Assembly: GCA_021809885.1 (NCBI GenBank)
Contig: JAJZJY010000001.1
Location: forward strand, 1 to 51,313
DNA from: Actinomycetes bacterium
GTDB lineage: Bacteria; Actinomycetota; Acidimicrobiia; Acidimicrobiales; Palsa-688
Direction: 5' to 3'
DNA length: 51,313 bases
Shown in pieces: positions 20,035 to 28,516 of this stretch (the first letter of the stretch is position 1; each line of letters begins with the position of its first letter). Below the pieces are notes generated by a model. It saw nothing but the letters and a program-made list of their open reading frames with translations. It searched no databases and was not told where the DNA came from. A program made the translations under genes and the position numbers.

Positions 20035-21119
20035 GAGGTGCTCCGAGCCTTCATCGTGTAGACGTGCGCCATCAGCGCTGCGACAGCGGCGTAGAGCTCG
20101 ACCGGTATGACCTCTCCCACCACGCAGTCTTCGTAGACGGCCCTCGCGAGCGCCACGTCCTCGACGACGGGGATGCCCAGATCCGCGGCCTTCAGCTTCA
20201 ACTGGAGTGCCACCGAGTCGACACCTCGGGCCACGACCCTCGGTGCGGCGTCGGTGCCCGAGGTGTAGGAGAGGCCGACGGCGACATGGGTTGGGTTCAC
20301 GACCACCAAGTCGGCACCTTCGACAGACCCGGTGAGCCTCGAACGGTAGATCTTCATCTGCGCCTTGCGCCGGGCCTTCCTGGCTTCGGGAGCCCCCTCC
20401 TCTTGGCGGTTCTCCTCCTTGACGTCTTGGGGCGACATCTTGATCGCCTTCTCGTTCTGCCTCCGCTTCCACCACCAGTCCGCCACACCGAGGGCCGTGC
20501 CGGCCACCGCCACGTAGCGGGTGAGGGCCAGGAGCCTCCCGCCGCTGTAGGAGAGCAAGGCGCCGAGCGGGACCAGTTGGCCCAGGCTCACCAGCCTCGC
20601 CATCCCCCGGACGACGAAGTAGGCGACGACCGCGACCATCGCGAGCTTGACGACCTGCTTGGGGAGCTCCATCGCCCCCGACGCGGAGAACTGCCGCTTG
20701 AAGCCCTTCATCGGCGAGATGTGCTCTGTCGACGGCTTCAGCTTTCTCCACGCGAGGGTCGGTCTCGACTGGGCCGTCTCCAAGACCAGGACCAGCCCCA
20801 AGGTGACGAGAGCCGCCATCCCGGCCATGAGGACCGCTCCGTCGAGGCCTTGGCCGAGCAGCCGCAGCGCGTTCCGCCGGGTCGGATCGGAGAAGACCGA
20901 CATGCCGGCGTCAACGAGGCCCACCTCACGGCTCGCGATGGCACCGTAGCCGGTGGGGATGAGGTAGGTCATGGCGAGCAGAGAACCCCACCCTGACAGG
21001 TCGGGGCTCCTCGAGACCTGACCGTTGCGGCGTGACTCCTTGCGACGCTTCGCGGACGGAGGAAGGGTCCGGCTCGACTTGTCGGAGCTGGAGCCTCCGC
21101 CGCTCGATCCACCGGCCAC
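20031..21119 (-). CDS. flhB: Flagellar export apparatus protein FlhB
   Basis: 362 aa. N-terminal DKSSRTLPPSAKRRKESRRNGQVSRS, 4 TM, and the NPTH autocleavage site (VVVNPTHVAV). GTG 21119 overlaps the fliR TAG by 1 nt. ORF 20031..21806 is an over-extension through fliR. Confidence 0.92.
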   Translation of the reverse strand: MAGGSSGGGSSSDKSSRTLPPSAKRRKESRRNGQVSRSPDLSGWGSLLAMTYLIPTGYGAIASREVGLVDAGMSVFSDPTRRNALRLLGQGLDGAVLMAGMAALVTLGLVLVLETAQSRPTLAWRKLKPSTEHISPMKGFKRQFSASGAMELPKQVVKLAMVAVVAYFVVRGMARLVSLGQLVPLGALLSYSGGRLLALTRYVAVAGTALGVADWWWKRRQNEKAIKMSPQDVKEENRQEEGAPEARKARRKAQMKIYRSRLTGSVEGADLVVVNPTHVAVGLSYTSGTDAAPRVVARGVDSVALQLKLKAADLGIPVVEDVALARAVYEDCVVGEVIPVELYAAVAALMAHVYTMKARSTS

Positions 21120-21874
21120 TAGAGGAGCTGGCCTTCCAGGCTCAGGGCGTCTTGGACAAGGCGGTTGACAGCCTCGGGGAGCAAGCTGGTGCCCACGGCG
21201 AGCACGAGGATCAGGGCGAAGGACTGGACGGAGAAGGCGAACAGGAAGATATTCACGTTCGGGGCGGCCTTGGCCACCAGGCCGAGAGCCGCCTGGATCG
21301 TGAACTCTACGACGAGGAGCGGCCCCGCGATCTCGAAGGTTGCGGTGAAGAACGTCGATGTCGCTGAGATGGCGCCATGGGCAAGCGGCACCAGGGAGGA
21401 GAAGGTCGGGCCGATCACGTCGAAGGTGGTGATGAAGCCTCGGAGCAGCAAGAGGTCCCCGCGTGTGACCACCAGCAACGCGACGGTGATGAGCCCGTAG
21501 AACTTGCCGAGCGAAGTCGACGACGGGAACCCGATCGGTGTGAGCGACTGGGGGAGAACGAGACCCCCGAAGAGATCCAAGGTGTCCCCTGCTGATGTCG
21601 CCGCCTGGATCAGGATCGATATCAACAACCCGAAGGCCGCCCCGATCACCACCTGGGCCCCGAGATCGGCGATGAGCATCGGCCAGGAGGGGACCGATGT
21701 CACCGCGATGCGCGGCGAGATGGCGAGACCGACACCCAAGGCGGCGCCGAGTCGGACCGACTTGGGCACATATGCACCCGAGAAGGCGGGTACCACCTGC
21801 ATCCACGCGTAGGTGCGCGTGCCGGCGAGTGCCGTGGCGACCAGCACATCGGGGTTGATCGCCAAGGAGGGCAT
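21119..21874 (-). CDS. fliR: Flagellar export apparatus protein FliR
   Basis: 251 aa polytopic membrane protein between fliQ and flhB, with FliR-like sequence. Confidence 0.9.
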   Translation of the reverse strand: MPSLAINPDVLVATALAGTRTYAWMQVVPAFSGAYVPKSVRLGAALGVGLAISPRIAVTSVPSWPMLIADLGAQVVIGAAFGLLISILIQAATSAGDTLDLFGGLVLPQSLTPIGFPSSTSLGKFYGLITVALLVVTRGDLLLLRGFITTFDVIGPTFSSLVPLAHGAISATSTFFTATFEIAGPLLVVEFTIQAALGLVAKAAPNVNIFLFAFSVQSFALILVLAVGTSLLPEAVNRLVQDALSLEGQLL

Positions 21875-21884
21875 CGGGCGCCCT

Positions 21885-22160
21885 CTATCCGCCCGCCAGC
21901 ATGCGAGGAAGCGACGTGTACAAGGAGTCGGTGAAGCCGACGATCTGGCTGAGCATCCACTGGCCGGTGAGCGCGATCACCAAGGCGACGGCGAGCAGCT
22001 TGGGGACGAAGGTCAGCGTGTAGTCGTTGATCTGGGTCAACGACTGGAAGATGCTCACCACCAGGCCGACGACCAGCGCGGCGGCGAGGATCGGCCCGGC
22101 CGTCTCCGCCACCAGGAGCATAGCGTTGGTGACCAAGGTGGTGACTTCGGCCTGGGTCAC
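21885..22160 (-). CDS. fliQ: Flagellar export apparatus protein FliQ
   Basis: 91 aa, two TM. GPILAAALVVGLVVSIFQSLTQINDYTLTFVPKLLAV is canonical FliQ. Confidence 0.9.
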   Translation of the reverse strand: MTQAEVTTLVTNAMLLVAETAGPILAAALVVGLVVSIFQSLTQINDYTLTFVPKLLAVALVIALTGQWMLSQIVGFTDSLYTSLPRMLAGG

Positions 22161-22164
22161 CTCC

Positions 22165-22848
22165 TCAACCGGCTTTCAAGAGCGCCGCGCCGACCAGTGC
22201 CCAGCCGTCCACCAGGACGAACAGCAAGATCTTGAACGGAAGCGAGATGAGAGTCGGGGGGAGCATCACGATGCCCGTGGACATGAGGATCGACGAGACG
22301 ATCAGGTCGATCACCACGAAAGGGATGTAGACTACGAAACCCATTAGCATCGCCGTTTCGATCGACGAGATCGTGTAGGCGGGGATGAGGTCGACCATCG
22401 GGGCCTTCGCGATCGGGGTCTTGGCGTGCCCTGTCGCGTTGAGGAACATCTGGATGTCGGAGCCATGGGTGTGGTGCAGCATCCAGATACGAAATGGGCC
22501 CTCCGCAGCACTCAGGGCGGGGCCGAAGGCGAGCCTGCCGTTCAACCAGGGCCGGATGCCGACCTGCACCGACTTGGCCATTGTCGGCTCGATCAGCGCA
22601 GCTGCGATGAACAGCGCCAGCCCGGCTAGGACCTGTGGAGGAGGTATGCCGTTGAGCCCGATGGCCTGGCCGACGATCTTCAAGGTGACCAGAACCTGGG
22701 TGAAGGGGGTCAGGAGCAACAAGGCGGCCGGGGCGGCCGCCAACACGGCGAGGCCGACGATGATGATGATGCTCGAGGTGGGCTTCGCCGAGCCCCCGAG
22801 GTTGACCGTCACGCTCGGGGTGGTCGCCGCCAGGATTGCGAGGCTCAT
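22165..22848 (-). CDS. fliP: Flagellar export apparatus protein FliP
   Basis: 227 aa. C-terminal GFVVYIPFVVIDLIVSSILMSTGIVMLPPTLISLPFKILLFVLVDGW is canonical FliP. ATG 22848 gives an ATGA overlap with the fliO stop. Confidence 0.92.
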   Translation of the reverse strand: MSLAILAATTPSVTVNLGGSAKPTSSIIIIVGLAVLAAAPAALLLLTPFTQVLVTLKIVGQAIGLNGIPPPQVLAGLALFIAAALIEPTMAKSVQVGIRPWLNGRLAFGPALSAAEGPFRIWMLHHTHGSDIQMFLNATGHAKTPIAKAPMVDLIPAYTISSIETAMLMGFVVYIPFVVIDLIVSSILMSTGIVMLPPTLISLPFKILLFVLVDGWALVGAALLKAG

Positions 22849-23222
22849 GGCCGCTGGCTCCTGGATGTCGCCCAACGCCCGGTGGCCTTCGTGAGCATAC
22901 CGGCGAAGGTGGGTACCACGGGGGTGTCGGAGAGCCCGGCGAGCATCTCCGGGGCCGGCTCGTCCCTGGTGAGGGGCAGTTCGCAGAGCATCTCTATCCC
23001 TTTGGCCGAGCAGCCGAGCAGCAGGTCCTTGTCGTCCAGCGAGACCCGCACGATTGAGGCTCCTCTCGATAGCTGACGGCGGGCGACCACGTCGAGTCCC
23101 CCCACGCGTCGCAACGTGCCGACTCGCGCCGAGCCGTAGCGGTGAGTGAGCTGCGATGCGCACCACAGCAGTCCGAGGACCACCCCGGATCCGACGATAA
23201 AGCGAAGCAGCAGGCTGGCCAT
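22845..23222 (-). CDS. fliO: Flagellar protein FliO/FliZ
   Basis: 125 aa, single N-terminal TM, located between fliN and fliP. ATG 23222 overlaps the fliN TGA by 1 nt. Confidence 0.6.
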   Translation of the reverse strand: MASLLLRFIVGSGVVLGLLWCASQLTHRYGSARVGTLRRVGGLDVVARRQLSRGASIVRVSLDDKDLLLGCSAKGIEMLCELPLTRDEPAPEMLAGLSDTPVVPTFAGMLTKATGRWATSRSQRP

Positions 23223-23512
23223 CAGCCGGTGCCGGCCATCAGCTCGGTGATCCGGATCGCGTACTCTCCGCTGTCTGCGGCCTCGACGATCTGGCCTCTG
23301 GCGAAGAGCTTTCCGTTCACGTACAGGTCTGCGGGGGAGCCGGCCGGGCGATCCAAGGTGACCACCTCGCCGAGGGTGATGCGCAACACGTCGCGGATCG
23401 GAAGCGAGGTTCTCCCGATCTCGACGGCGAGATCCAAGGCGACCTCGGCAAGAACCGAGACGGGGCGTTCCCCCCTGGTAGTGGTGGCGGGCTCTGCTGA
23501 ATCGGGCATCAT
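23222..23512 (-). CDS. fliN: Flagellar motor switch protein FliN
   Basis: 96 aa SpoA-type domain: LDLAVEIGRTSLPIRDVLRITLGEVVTLDRPAGSPADLYVNGKLFARGQIV. ATGA overlap with the fliM stop. Confidence 0.85.
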   Translation of the reverse strand: MMPDSAEPATTTRGERPVSVLAEVALDLAVEIGRTSLPIRDVLRITLGEVVTLDRPAGSPADLYVNGKLFARGQIVEAADSGEYAIRITELMAGTG

Positions 23513-24402
23513 TCCTCCGGGTCCAGATAGGCGACGACCTGGCAGGCGGCACGCTTGCCGGTGGCCACCAGGTCTGCGTTGAACAGCGGCCGGTCCTGGG
23601 CGTAGACCAGCAGCGGCGACCCAACCTGGTGGCCGAGGGATATGACCTGGTCGACGCAGAGCGACTCGGCGACAGACAGTGGGATCGCGGTCATGGCGAA
23701 GCGCAGCGACACCGTCACCGGCAGAGCCTTGACGGCCTTCTCCATGGCGGGACTTACCGCCGCCTCGTGGCGCGCTCCGCCGCCACCCGAACGCTCGACA
23801 AGCGGGCGGAGGGCGGATGTCGGGATGCACACGTCGAGACCCCAGGAGGTCTGCGCCACCTGAGCAAGGCGTACGGAGAAGCGCAGGATCACACACTGCT
23901 CGCCGCGGTCTCTCGCATGTGAGGCGGCTATGACGATCTGGGTCACCGGAGACGCCTCGACGTGTCCGAGCACCGCAGATGTCGAAGCGGCTACCTCCTG
24001 GGCGATCACCTCCAAGAGCGGGGCGATGATCTGGCGCTCCATGTCGGAGAGGGCACGGAGGGGGAGCGGGCCGACCCCACTGCCGGCCAGCTGCAAGTCG
24101 ATGGCGGTCATTGCCAGGTCGATCGGCAGATGGATGACGGCCGTCCCGCTCCCCGCTCCGCGCAGCTCGAAGCTCCCGAGCAACGACGGTCCAGCGAGGT
24201 CGGCCTCGAAGTCGCCCCAGTCGAGTTGGTCGAGTGACTCGAGGTGGACCTGGGTCCGGTTCCTCAGCAGAGCCCCTATGCGCCCCCCGCCGGAGCGGGC
24301 GAAGCTCTCGGCCATGCCCCTGATCGCCAAGACGCCGGCCCGGTCTATCTCCTCGGGATGGCGGAAGTCCCACGGGGTGACGGCGGCTTCGGTGTCGGGC
24401 AC
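23509..24402 (-). CDS. fliM: Flagellar motor switch protein FliM
   Basis: 297 aa with a FliM middle domain and a C-terminal SpoA-like segment, located upstream of fliN. GTG 24402 is 8 nt after a GCCGATAG box. Confidence 0.85.
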   Translation of the reverse strand: MPDTEAAVTPWDFRHPEEIDRAGVLAIRGMAESFARSGGGRIGALLRNRTQVHLESLDQLDWGDFEADLAGPSLLGSFELRGAGSGTAVIHLPIDLAMTAIDLQLAGSGVGPLPLRALSDMERQIIAPLLEVIAQEVAASTSAVLGHVEASPVTQIVIAASHARDRGEQCVILRFSVRLAQVAQTSWGLDVCIPTSALRPLVERSGGGGARHEAAVSPAMEKAVKALPVTVSLRFAMTAIPLSVAESLCVDQVISLGHQVGSPLLVYAQDRPLFNADLVATGKRAACQVVAYLDPEE

Positions 24403-24410
24403 TACCCTAT

Positions 24411-24418
24411 CTATCGGC
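24411..24418 (-). promoter_or_regulatory. GCCGATAG box 8 nt upstream of the fliM GTG (internal promoter candidate)
   Basis: GCCGATAG-ATAGGGTA-GTG(24402), in the 55-nt fliL-fliM gap. Confidence 0.45.
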
Positions 24419-24457
24419 GTGCCGTGTCGTCCGCAGGAGCCTTCGCCTGCCAGTGCA

Positions 24458-24871
24458 TCACTGCATCACGAAGTTGGTGAGATAGATGCCGAGCACCGCG
24501 GGGCCGACCGGCCCGGGCCCGACGACCGCTCGCAGATCCCCGAGCAGGGATGCTTCCGCAGCCCTCTTGCCTGACGCCGAGAGAAGCTGGCTGTAGTGGA
24601 ACTGCGACAACGCGAGGATCTCAGCGTTCTCCATCCTCGCCATCGAATTGGCAGGCAGCGATGTGGTGCTGACACCCTTCTCGAACTGCACAGCAACGGT
24701 CACTTGCAGCAGATGACCGTTGGGGAGGTTCACCGTCGTGGCCGGCAAGGTGAGCAGGGCACCAGGTGCGGCCACCGTGATCCGACCCTTGTGCAGCACC
24801 AGCCCGTAGCCGGCTGCGATCACCACGACTAGCGCCGCCAGGGTCGCCAGCAGCTTCTTCTTCGACTTCAC
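24458..24871 (-). CDS. fliL: Flagellar basal body-associated protein FliL
   Basis: 137 aa. KKK plus a single TM, then a FliL-like periplasmic/extracytoplasmic domain ending in YLTNFVMQ. GTGA overlap with the motB stop. Confidence 0.75.
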   Translation of the reverse strand: MKSKKKLLATLAALVVVIAAGYGLVLHKGRITVAAPGALLTLPATTVNLPNGHLLQVTVAVQFEKGVSTTSLPANSMARMENAEILALSQFHYSQLLSASGKRAAEASLLGDLRAVVGPGPVGPAVLGIYLTNFVMQ

Positions 24872-25668
24872 GAGGGTGCCCCTTCGGCGTCAATGACGAT
24901 GTCCACCCGTCGATTCTCGGATCGCCCGAGCGCGGTCGCGTTGGTAGCAACGGCGTCGGTGGAGCCGTACCCTACGGCCCGGAGCCTCGCCGCCGAGACC
25001 TTGTCGACATGGTCGAGGCGCAAGACGACCACAGTGGCACGCGCCGCTGAGAGCATGAAGTTCGAGAAGTACGGCCCGCCCACAACGGGAACGTTGTCGG
25101 TGTAGCCACGCACGACCACGTCGTTGGCACCAGGTGCGAGCAGCGACCCGACGGTGTTGACCACCTCGACGCCGACGGGTGCCAGCGCGTCGGAGTTGGT
25201 CGCAAAGAACACCTTGTCAGCAACGAGGCCGACGGTGAGGGTGGAGGGGGCGAGCACCAGCGACGCATACGGTAGAAGCCCGCGCTGTGCCAGAGCGGAG
25301 TGGATCTCCGTGTCGAGCTTCGCGAGCTGGGCACTGTCGGGCTTGGCGGCAGTAGCCGTCGCCGAGACGGTCGAGTCTGGTGTCGCCGGCGGCGAGCTTG
25401 CCGACTGAGGAGGGGGGGTGATGCCGCGGCGGCTGACCAGGCTCGTCTGGTTCAGCAGCCCGGTGCTCGCCTTCGACAGCGCTGAAGCCTTCGGGGTGAA
25501 GGCTTGGCGGACCCCGGTGCGGAACTCGGCAAACTTGACCTGGTTGAGGTTGGAGAGGGCAAACAATACGACGAACAAGGCGAGCAGCAGCGTAATCATG
25601 TCCGAGTAGGTGAGAAGCCACCGCTCCTCTCCTTCGTCCCCGGTAGCCCGTGCACGACGGCGTGTCAC
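24868..25668 (-). CDS. motB: Flagellar stator protein MotB
   Basis: 266 aa. WLLTYSDMITLLLALFVVLF (conserved Asp TM) plus a C-terminal OmpA-like peptidoglycan-binding domain (GYTDN...NRRVDIVI). GTG 25668 gives a GTGA overlap with the motA stop. Confidence 0.88.
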   Translation of the reverse strand: MTRRRARATGDEGEERWLLTYSDMITLLLALFVVLFALSNLNQVKFAEFRTGVRQAFTPKASALSKASTGLLNQTSLVSRRGITPPPQSASSPPATPDSTVSATATAAKPDSAQLAKLDTEIHSALAQRGLLPYASLVLAPSTLTVGLVADKVFFATNSDALAPVGVEVVNTVGSLLAPGANDVVVRGYTDNVPVVGGPYFSNFMLSAARATVVVLRLDHVDKVSAARLRAVGYGSTDAVATNATALGRSENRRVDIVIDAEGAPS

Positions 25669-26423
25669 GCCGCTGCGTCCGTAGCTGGCAAGAATGATGA
25701 CAGGAGGACTTCGACGGTACGGGGAGGCTCGCCTGCCTGTATGGCGAGCAGGCCGGCGATGATCGCCTCGCGCCCCTCGGCCTCGGCGGCAGAGAGACGA
25801 TCCAGCTTTGCCGACATCGGCAGCCAGAACAGGTTGGCGGAGAGCACACCCCACAAGGTGGACGTGAAGGCCGCGCCGATGGCTGGGCCGAGGGTCGACG
25901 GCGACGACAGGTTGGTCATCACATGCACCAGGCCGATCACCGTTCCGATGATGCCAAGAGTGGGGGCGAACCCACCGGCCTGCTTCAGTGCCTTTACCCC
26001 CCGAGAGTGGCGAGCGTGCATGGCGTCCAGGTCGGCCTCCAACACGCCTCGGATCGTCTCTGAGTCCTTGCCGTCGACGACGAGGCTGATCCCGCGGCGA
26101 AAGAACGGGTCAGTCTCGCCGGCGGCGTCTTCCTCGAGCTTGAGGAGCCCGTGGCGGCGGGAGTCGTCCGCCATCTTCACCAGGCGCTGTATCTTCGCCG
26201 TCGGGTCTTCGGGAACCCCCGTAATGGCCTTTTTCACGACCTTGGGTAGGAGCTTTCCGTCTGAGAAGGTTCCGATGGCGAACGCGAGGGTAACCGTGCC
26301 TCCGACCACGAGGATGAGAGCCGAGGGGTTCAGCAAGACCGTCGGCGAGTCGTGATCCAAGATCAGTGCGACCAACACACATCCGACGGCGGCACCAATG
26401 CCGACAAGGGTGTTCCTCTGCAT
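25665..26423 (-). CDS. motA: Flagellar stator protein MotA
   Basis: 252 aa. 4-TM MotA/TolQ/ExbB channel (GGFAPTLGIIGTVIGLV...AFTSTLWGVLSANLFWLP). Confidence 0.9.
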   Translation of the reverse strand: MQRNTLVGIGAAVGCVLVALILDHDSPTVLLNPSALILVVGGTVTLAFAIGTFSDGKLLPKVVKKAITGVPEDPTAKIQRLVKMADDSRRHGLLKLEEDAAGETDPFFRRGISLVVDGKDSETIRGVLEADLDAMHARHSRGVKALKQAGGFAPTLGIIGTVIGLVHVMTNLSSPSTLGPAIGAAFTSTLWGVLSANLFWLPMSAKLDRLSAAEAEGREAIIAGLLAIQAGEPPRTVEVLLSSFLPATDAAA

Positions 26424-26427
26424 TTGG

Positions 26428-26658
26428 CTACTCGACTACTCGCAGAGGAGGAGAAGTGGTAGCCATGACCTTGGCCAAGGCGACTACCGCTGCCTTGGAT
26501 GCCGTCACGGCGTCGACGACTGCCCCGACGCTCTCGGTCACGGTGTAGCAGTGGCCGTCGACGGTGGTGATGGTAGTATCGGGGCGTTGCTCGATTCGCT
26601 CGACGCAGTCCTCGTTGAGCACGAACTGCTCCCCGTGCAGGCGAGTCAGGTAGATCAC
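26428..26658 (-). CDS. flbD: Flagellar protein FlbD
   Basis: 76 aa. MIYLTRLHGEQFVLNEDCVERIEQRPDTTITTVDGHCYTVTES matches the FlbD family pattern. Sits between flgE and motA, as in Firmicutes and spirochetes. Confidence 0.8.
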   Translation of the reverse strand: MIYLTRLHGEQFVLNEDCVERIEQRPDTTITTVDGHCYTVTESVGAVVDAVTASKAAVVALAKVMATTSPPLRVVE

Positions 26659-26677
26659 CGAGAAGCGCTCCTTTCCT

Positions 26678-26685
26678 GTATCGGA
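26678..26685 (-). promoter_or_regulatory. Weaker box TCCGATAC upstream of flbD (19-nt leader with AAAGGAG SD)
   Basis: TCCGATAC-AGGAAAGGAGCGCTTCTCG-GTG(26658). Two mismatches to the GCCGATAG box. Confidence 0.25.
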
Positions 26686-26731
26686 CCTTCAGGCCACAGC
26701 GCCGTCCCGCGCCCACGGTGAGCGACCCAGG

Positions 26732-28006
26732 TCACGGCATGTTGACGAGAGCCTGAAGCACCGCCGCCGTGGTCGAGATCACCTTCGTATTTGCCTGGTA
26801 GTTGGTCTGGGCGGTTACCAGATCGGTCAGTTCCCTCGCCAGTGACACGTTCGAGCCCTCCACTGTCCCGCCGACCAGTGAGCCGCGTGCCCCGGTGCCG
26901 GGAACCCCTACCTGGGCGGTCCCCGAGTTGGCCGACACCGCGTAGTAGTTGTTGCCCAGGTTCGACAATCCCTGGTCGTTGGCGAAGCTCGCCAGGGAGA
27001 TCTGGCCGAGGACTTCGGTGGATCCGTTGGTGAAGCTGCCGGTGATCGTCCCAGTGGAGCCGATCGAATACGAGGTGAGCTGACCTGCGGAGAAGCCGTT
27101 CTGGCTCGTCGCTCCCGCCGAGGAGGCGCCGGCTACCTGGGTCAATGCCGTGGACGATCCCGGCGCCGGCATGACGATCGAGAGCGTCGCCCCCGTCGCC
27201 CACTGGTAGCCGACGGGGAGGTTGTTGACAGCGATGGCGGTCTGGGCGGTGACCGCGGTACCGTTGATCGTCGCGATCTGACCGTTGGCGCCGAATGTGA
27301 CCTTCTGGGCGGTGTTCCACAAGTTGGTAGCTGCGCCGCCACCAGGATTGGGGACCGTCCCAGTGAGCGACCACGATCCTGCGCCGTTGGGGGTGAAGGT
27401 CAAGGTGATCGGCACCGTGTTGCCCTGGGAGTCGTAAGCGGTGGCGGTGATGTCCTGGGGGGTGGTTGCCGACGACGAGAGGTTGCCCCCGAGGACCACC
27501 TGGGATGTTGCGACGGGAGGAGCCTGGACCCCCTTGGGAATCTTGACCGCGGTGGTCGGCCCGTTGGGGTTCACGACTCCGTTGACCGCTGGCCATCCCT
27601 GCACGAGACCACCGGATGGGGTGACCAGGTTCCCGCTGGCGTCCAGGGAGAAGTCCCCGGCTCTGGTGTACACCGTGGTGCCACCGGCGTTGACAACGAA
27701 GAACCCCTGGCCCTGGATCGCTGCGTTGCTCGACACTCCGGTCTGCACGAGCGCTCCTTCGGCGAAGTTGCTCACGGTGGCGGCGACCTGCACCCCGGAG
27801 CCGACCGAGGTCGGGTTCACGCCGCCACGAGCCGGAGGAACGGGCGCGGTGGCGCCGGCGACCTGCTGGTTGAGCAGGTCGGAGAAGAGCACGCTCTGCT
27901 GCTTGAACCCGTCGGTCGAGGAGTTCGCGATGTTGTTGCCGATCGTGTCGAGGTAGGTTTGGCTGGCGTTGATCCCGCTGACGGCGGCTGACAGGCTGCG
28001 TTCCAC
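26732..28006 (-). CDS. flgE: Flagellar hook protein FlgE
   Basis: 424 aa. N-terminal SLSAAVSGINASQTYLDTIGNNIANSSTDGFK and C-terminal SNVSLARELTDLVTAQTNYQANTKVIST. SD GAAAGGAA is upstream of the GTG. Confidence 0.9.
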   Translation of the reverse strand: MERSLSAAVSGINASQTYLDTIGNNIANSSTDGFKQQSVLFSDLLNQQVAGATAPVPPARGGVNPTSVGSGVQVAATVSNFAEGALVQTGVSSNAAIQGQGFFVVNAGGTTVYTRAGDFSLDASGNLVTPSGGLVQGWPAVNGVVNPNGPTTAVKIPKGVQAPPVATSQVVLGGNLSSSATTPQDITATAYDSQGNTVPITLTFTPNGAGSWSLTGTVPNPGGGAATNLWNTAQKVTFGANGQIATINGTAVTAQTAIAVNNLPVGYQWATGATLSIVMPAPGSSTALTQVAGASSAGATSQNGFSAGQLTSYSIGSTGTITGSFTNGSTEVLGQISLASFANDQGLSNLGNNYYAVSANSGTAQVGVPGTGARGSLVGGTVEGSNVSLARELTDLVTAQTNYQANTKVISTTAAVLQALVNMP

Positions 28007-28070
28007 TGGTTGTTCCTTTCGTCGTGCCGGCGATCACGCTCGGCGGGTGGGTGGATGGCTGGTCGGTCGG

Positions 28071-28502
28071 TCAGGTCGCGGAGGAGACCGAGGAGAGCGG
28101 GACGAGGCTGTTGGCGATGTGGAGGACTGGACCAGAGGTCCCGAGGGTGACGGAGGTGACCTTGCCGGTGACCGAGTTGCCCGTCGTGTCGATTCCGGTC
28201 ACCGTCTTGCCCATGGCGGACAGCCCGGCCGAGAACTGCTGGGTGTCCAGGAGTGTCGCGGTCTCCTCTGAGAGCTTCGCTGTCTGCTCCAAGGTCGAGA
28301 GCTCGGCCGTCTGGGCCATGAACTGGCTGGAGGAGACCGGGTTGAGGGGGCTCTGGTTCTCTACCTGGGCGATGAGCAACTGGAGGAAGTCGCTGGCGGT
28401 GAGGCTTCCGAGCCCCCCGGCGCCCGTGGCGGCGCTCGGGGATTGCGCGTTCGTCGAGCCGGTGGTGGTGTTCGTCGGGTTGACAGATGCTACGGCGGTC
28501 AT
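28071..28502 (-). CDS. flgD: Hook assembly/capping protein FlgD
   Basis: 143 aa. FLQLLIAQVENQSPLNPVSSSQFMAQTAELSTLEQ is the FlgD N-terminal signature. ATG 28502 with SD GAGGAG. Confidence 0.85.
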   Translation of the reverse strand: MTAVASVNPTNTTTGSTNAQSPSAATGAGGLGSLTASDFLQLLIAQVENQSPLNPVSSSQFMAQTAELSTLEQTAKLSEETATLLDTQQFSAGLSAMGKTVTGIDTTGNSVTGKVTSVTLGTSGPVLHIANSLVPLSSVSSAT

Positions 28503-28516
28503 CGGATGGTCTCCTC

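Noticed and set aside
20031-21806. ORF-track N-terminal over-extensions, for example flhB 20031..21806, fliF 34203..36515, ccmG 592..2883, fliN 23222..24373, fliP 22165..23166 and flgC 36101..36958.
   Set aside because: The upstream portions run through the preceding gene in another frame and are compositionally junk. Internal ATG/GTG codons that form ATGA/GTGA overlaps with the upstream stop give proteins of canonical length and N-termini.
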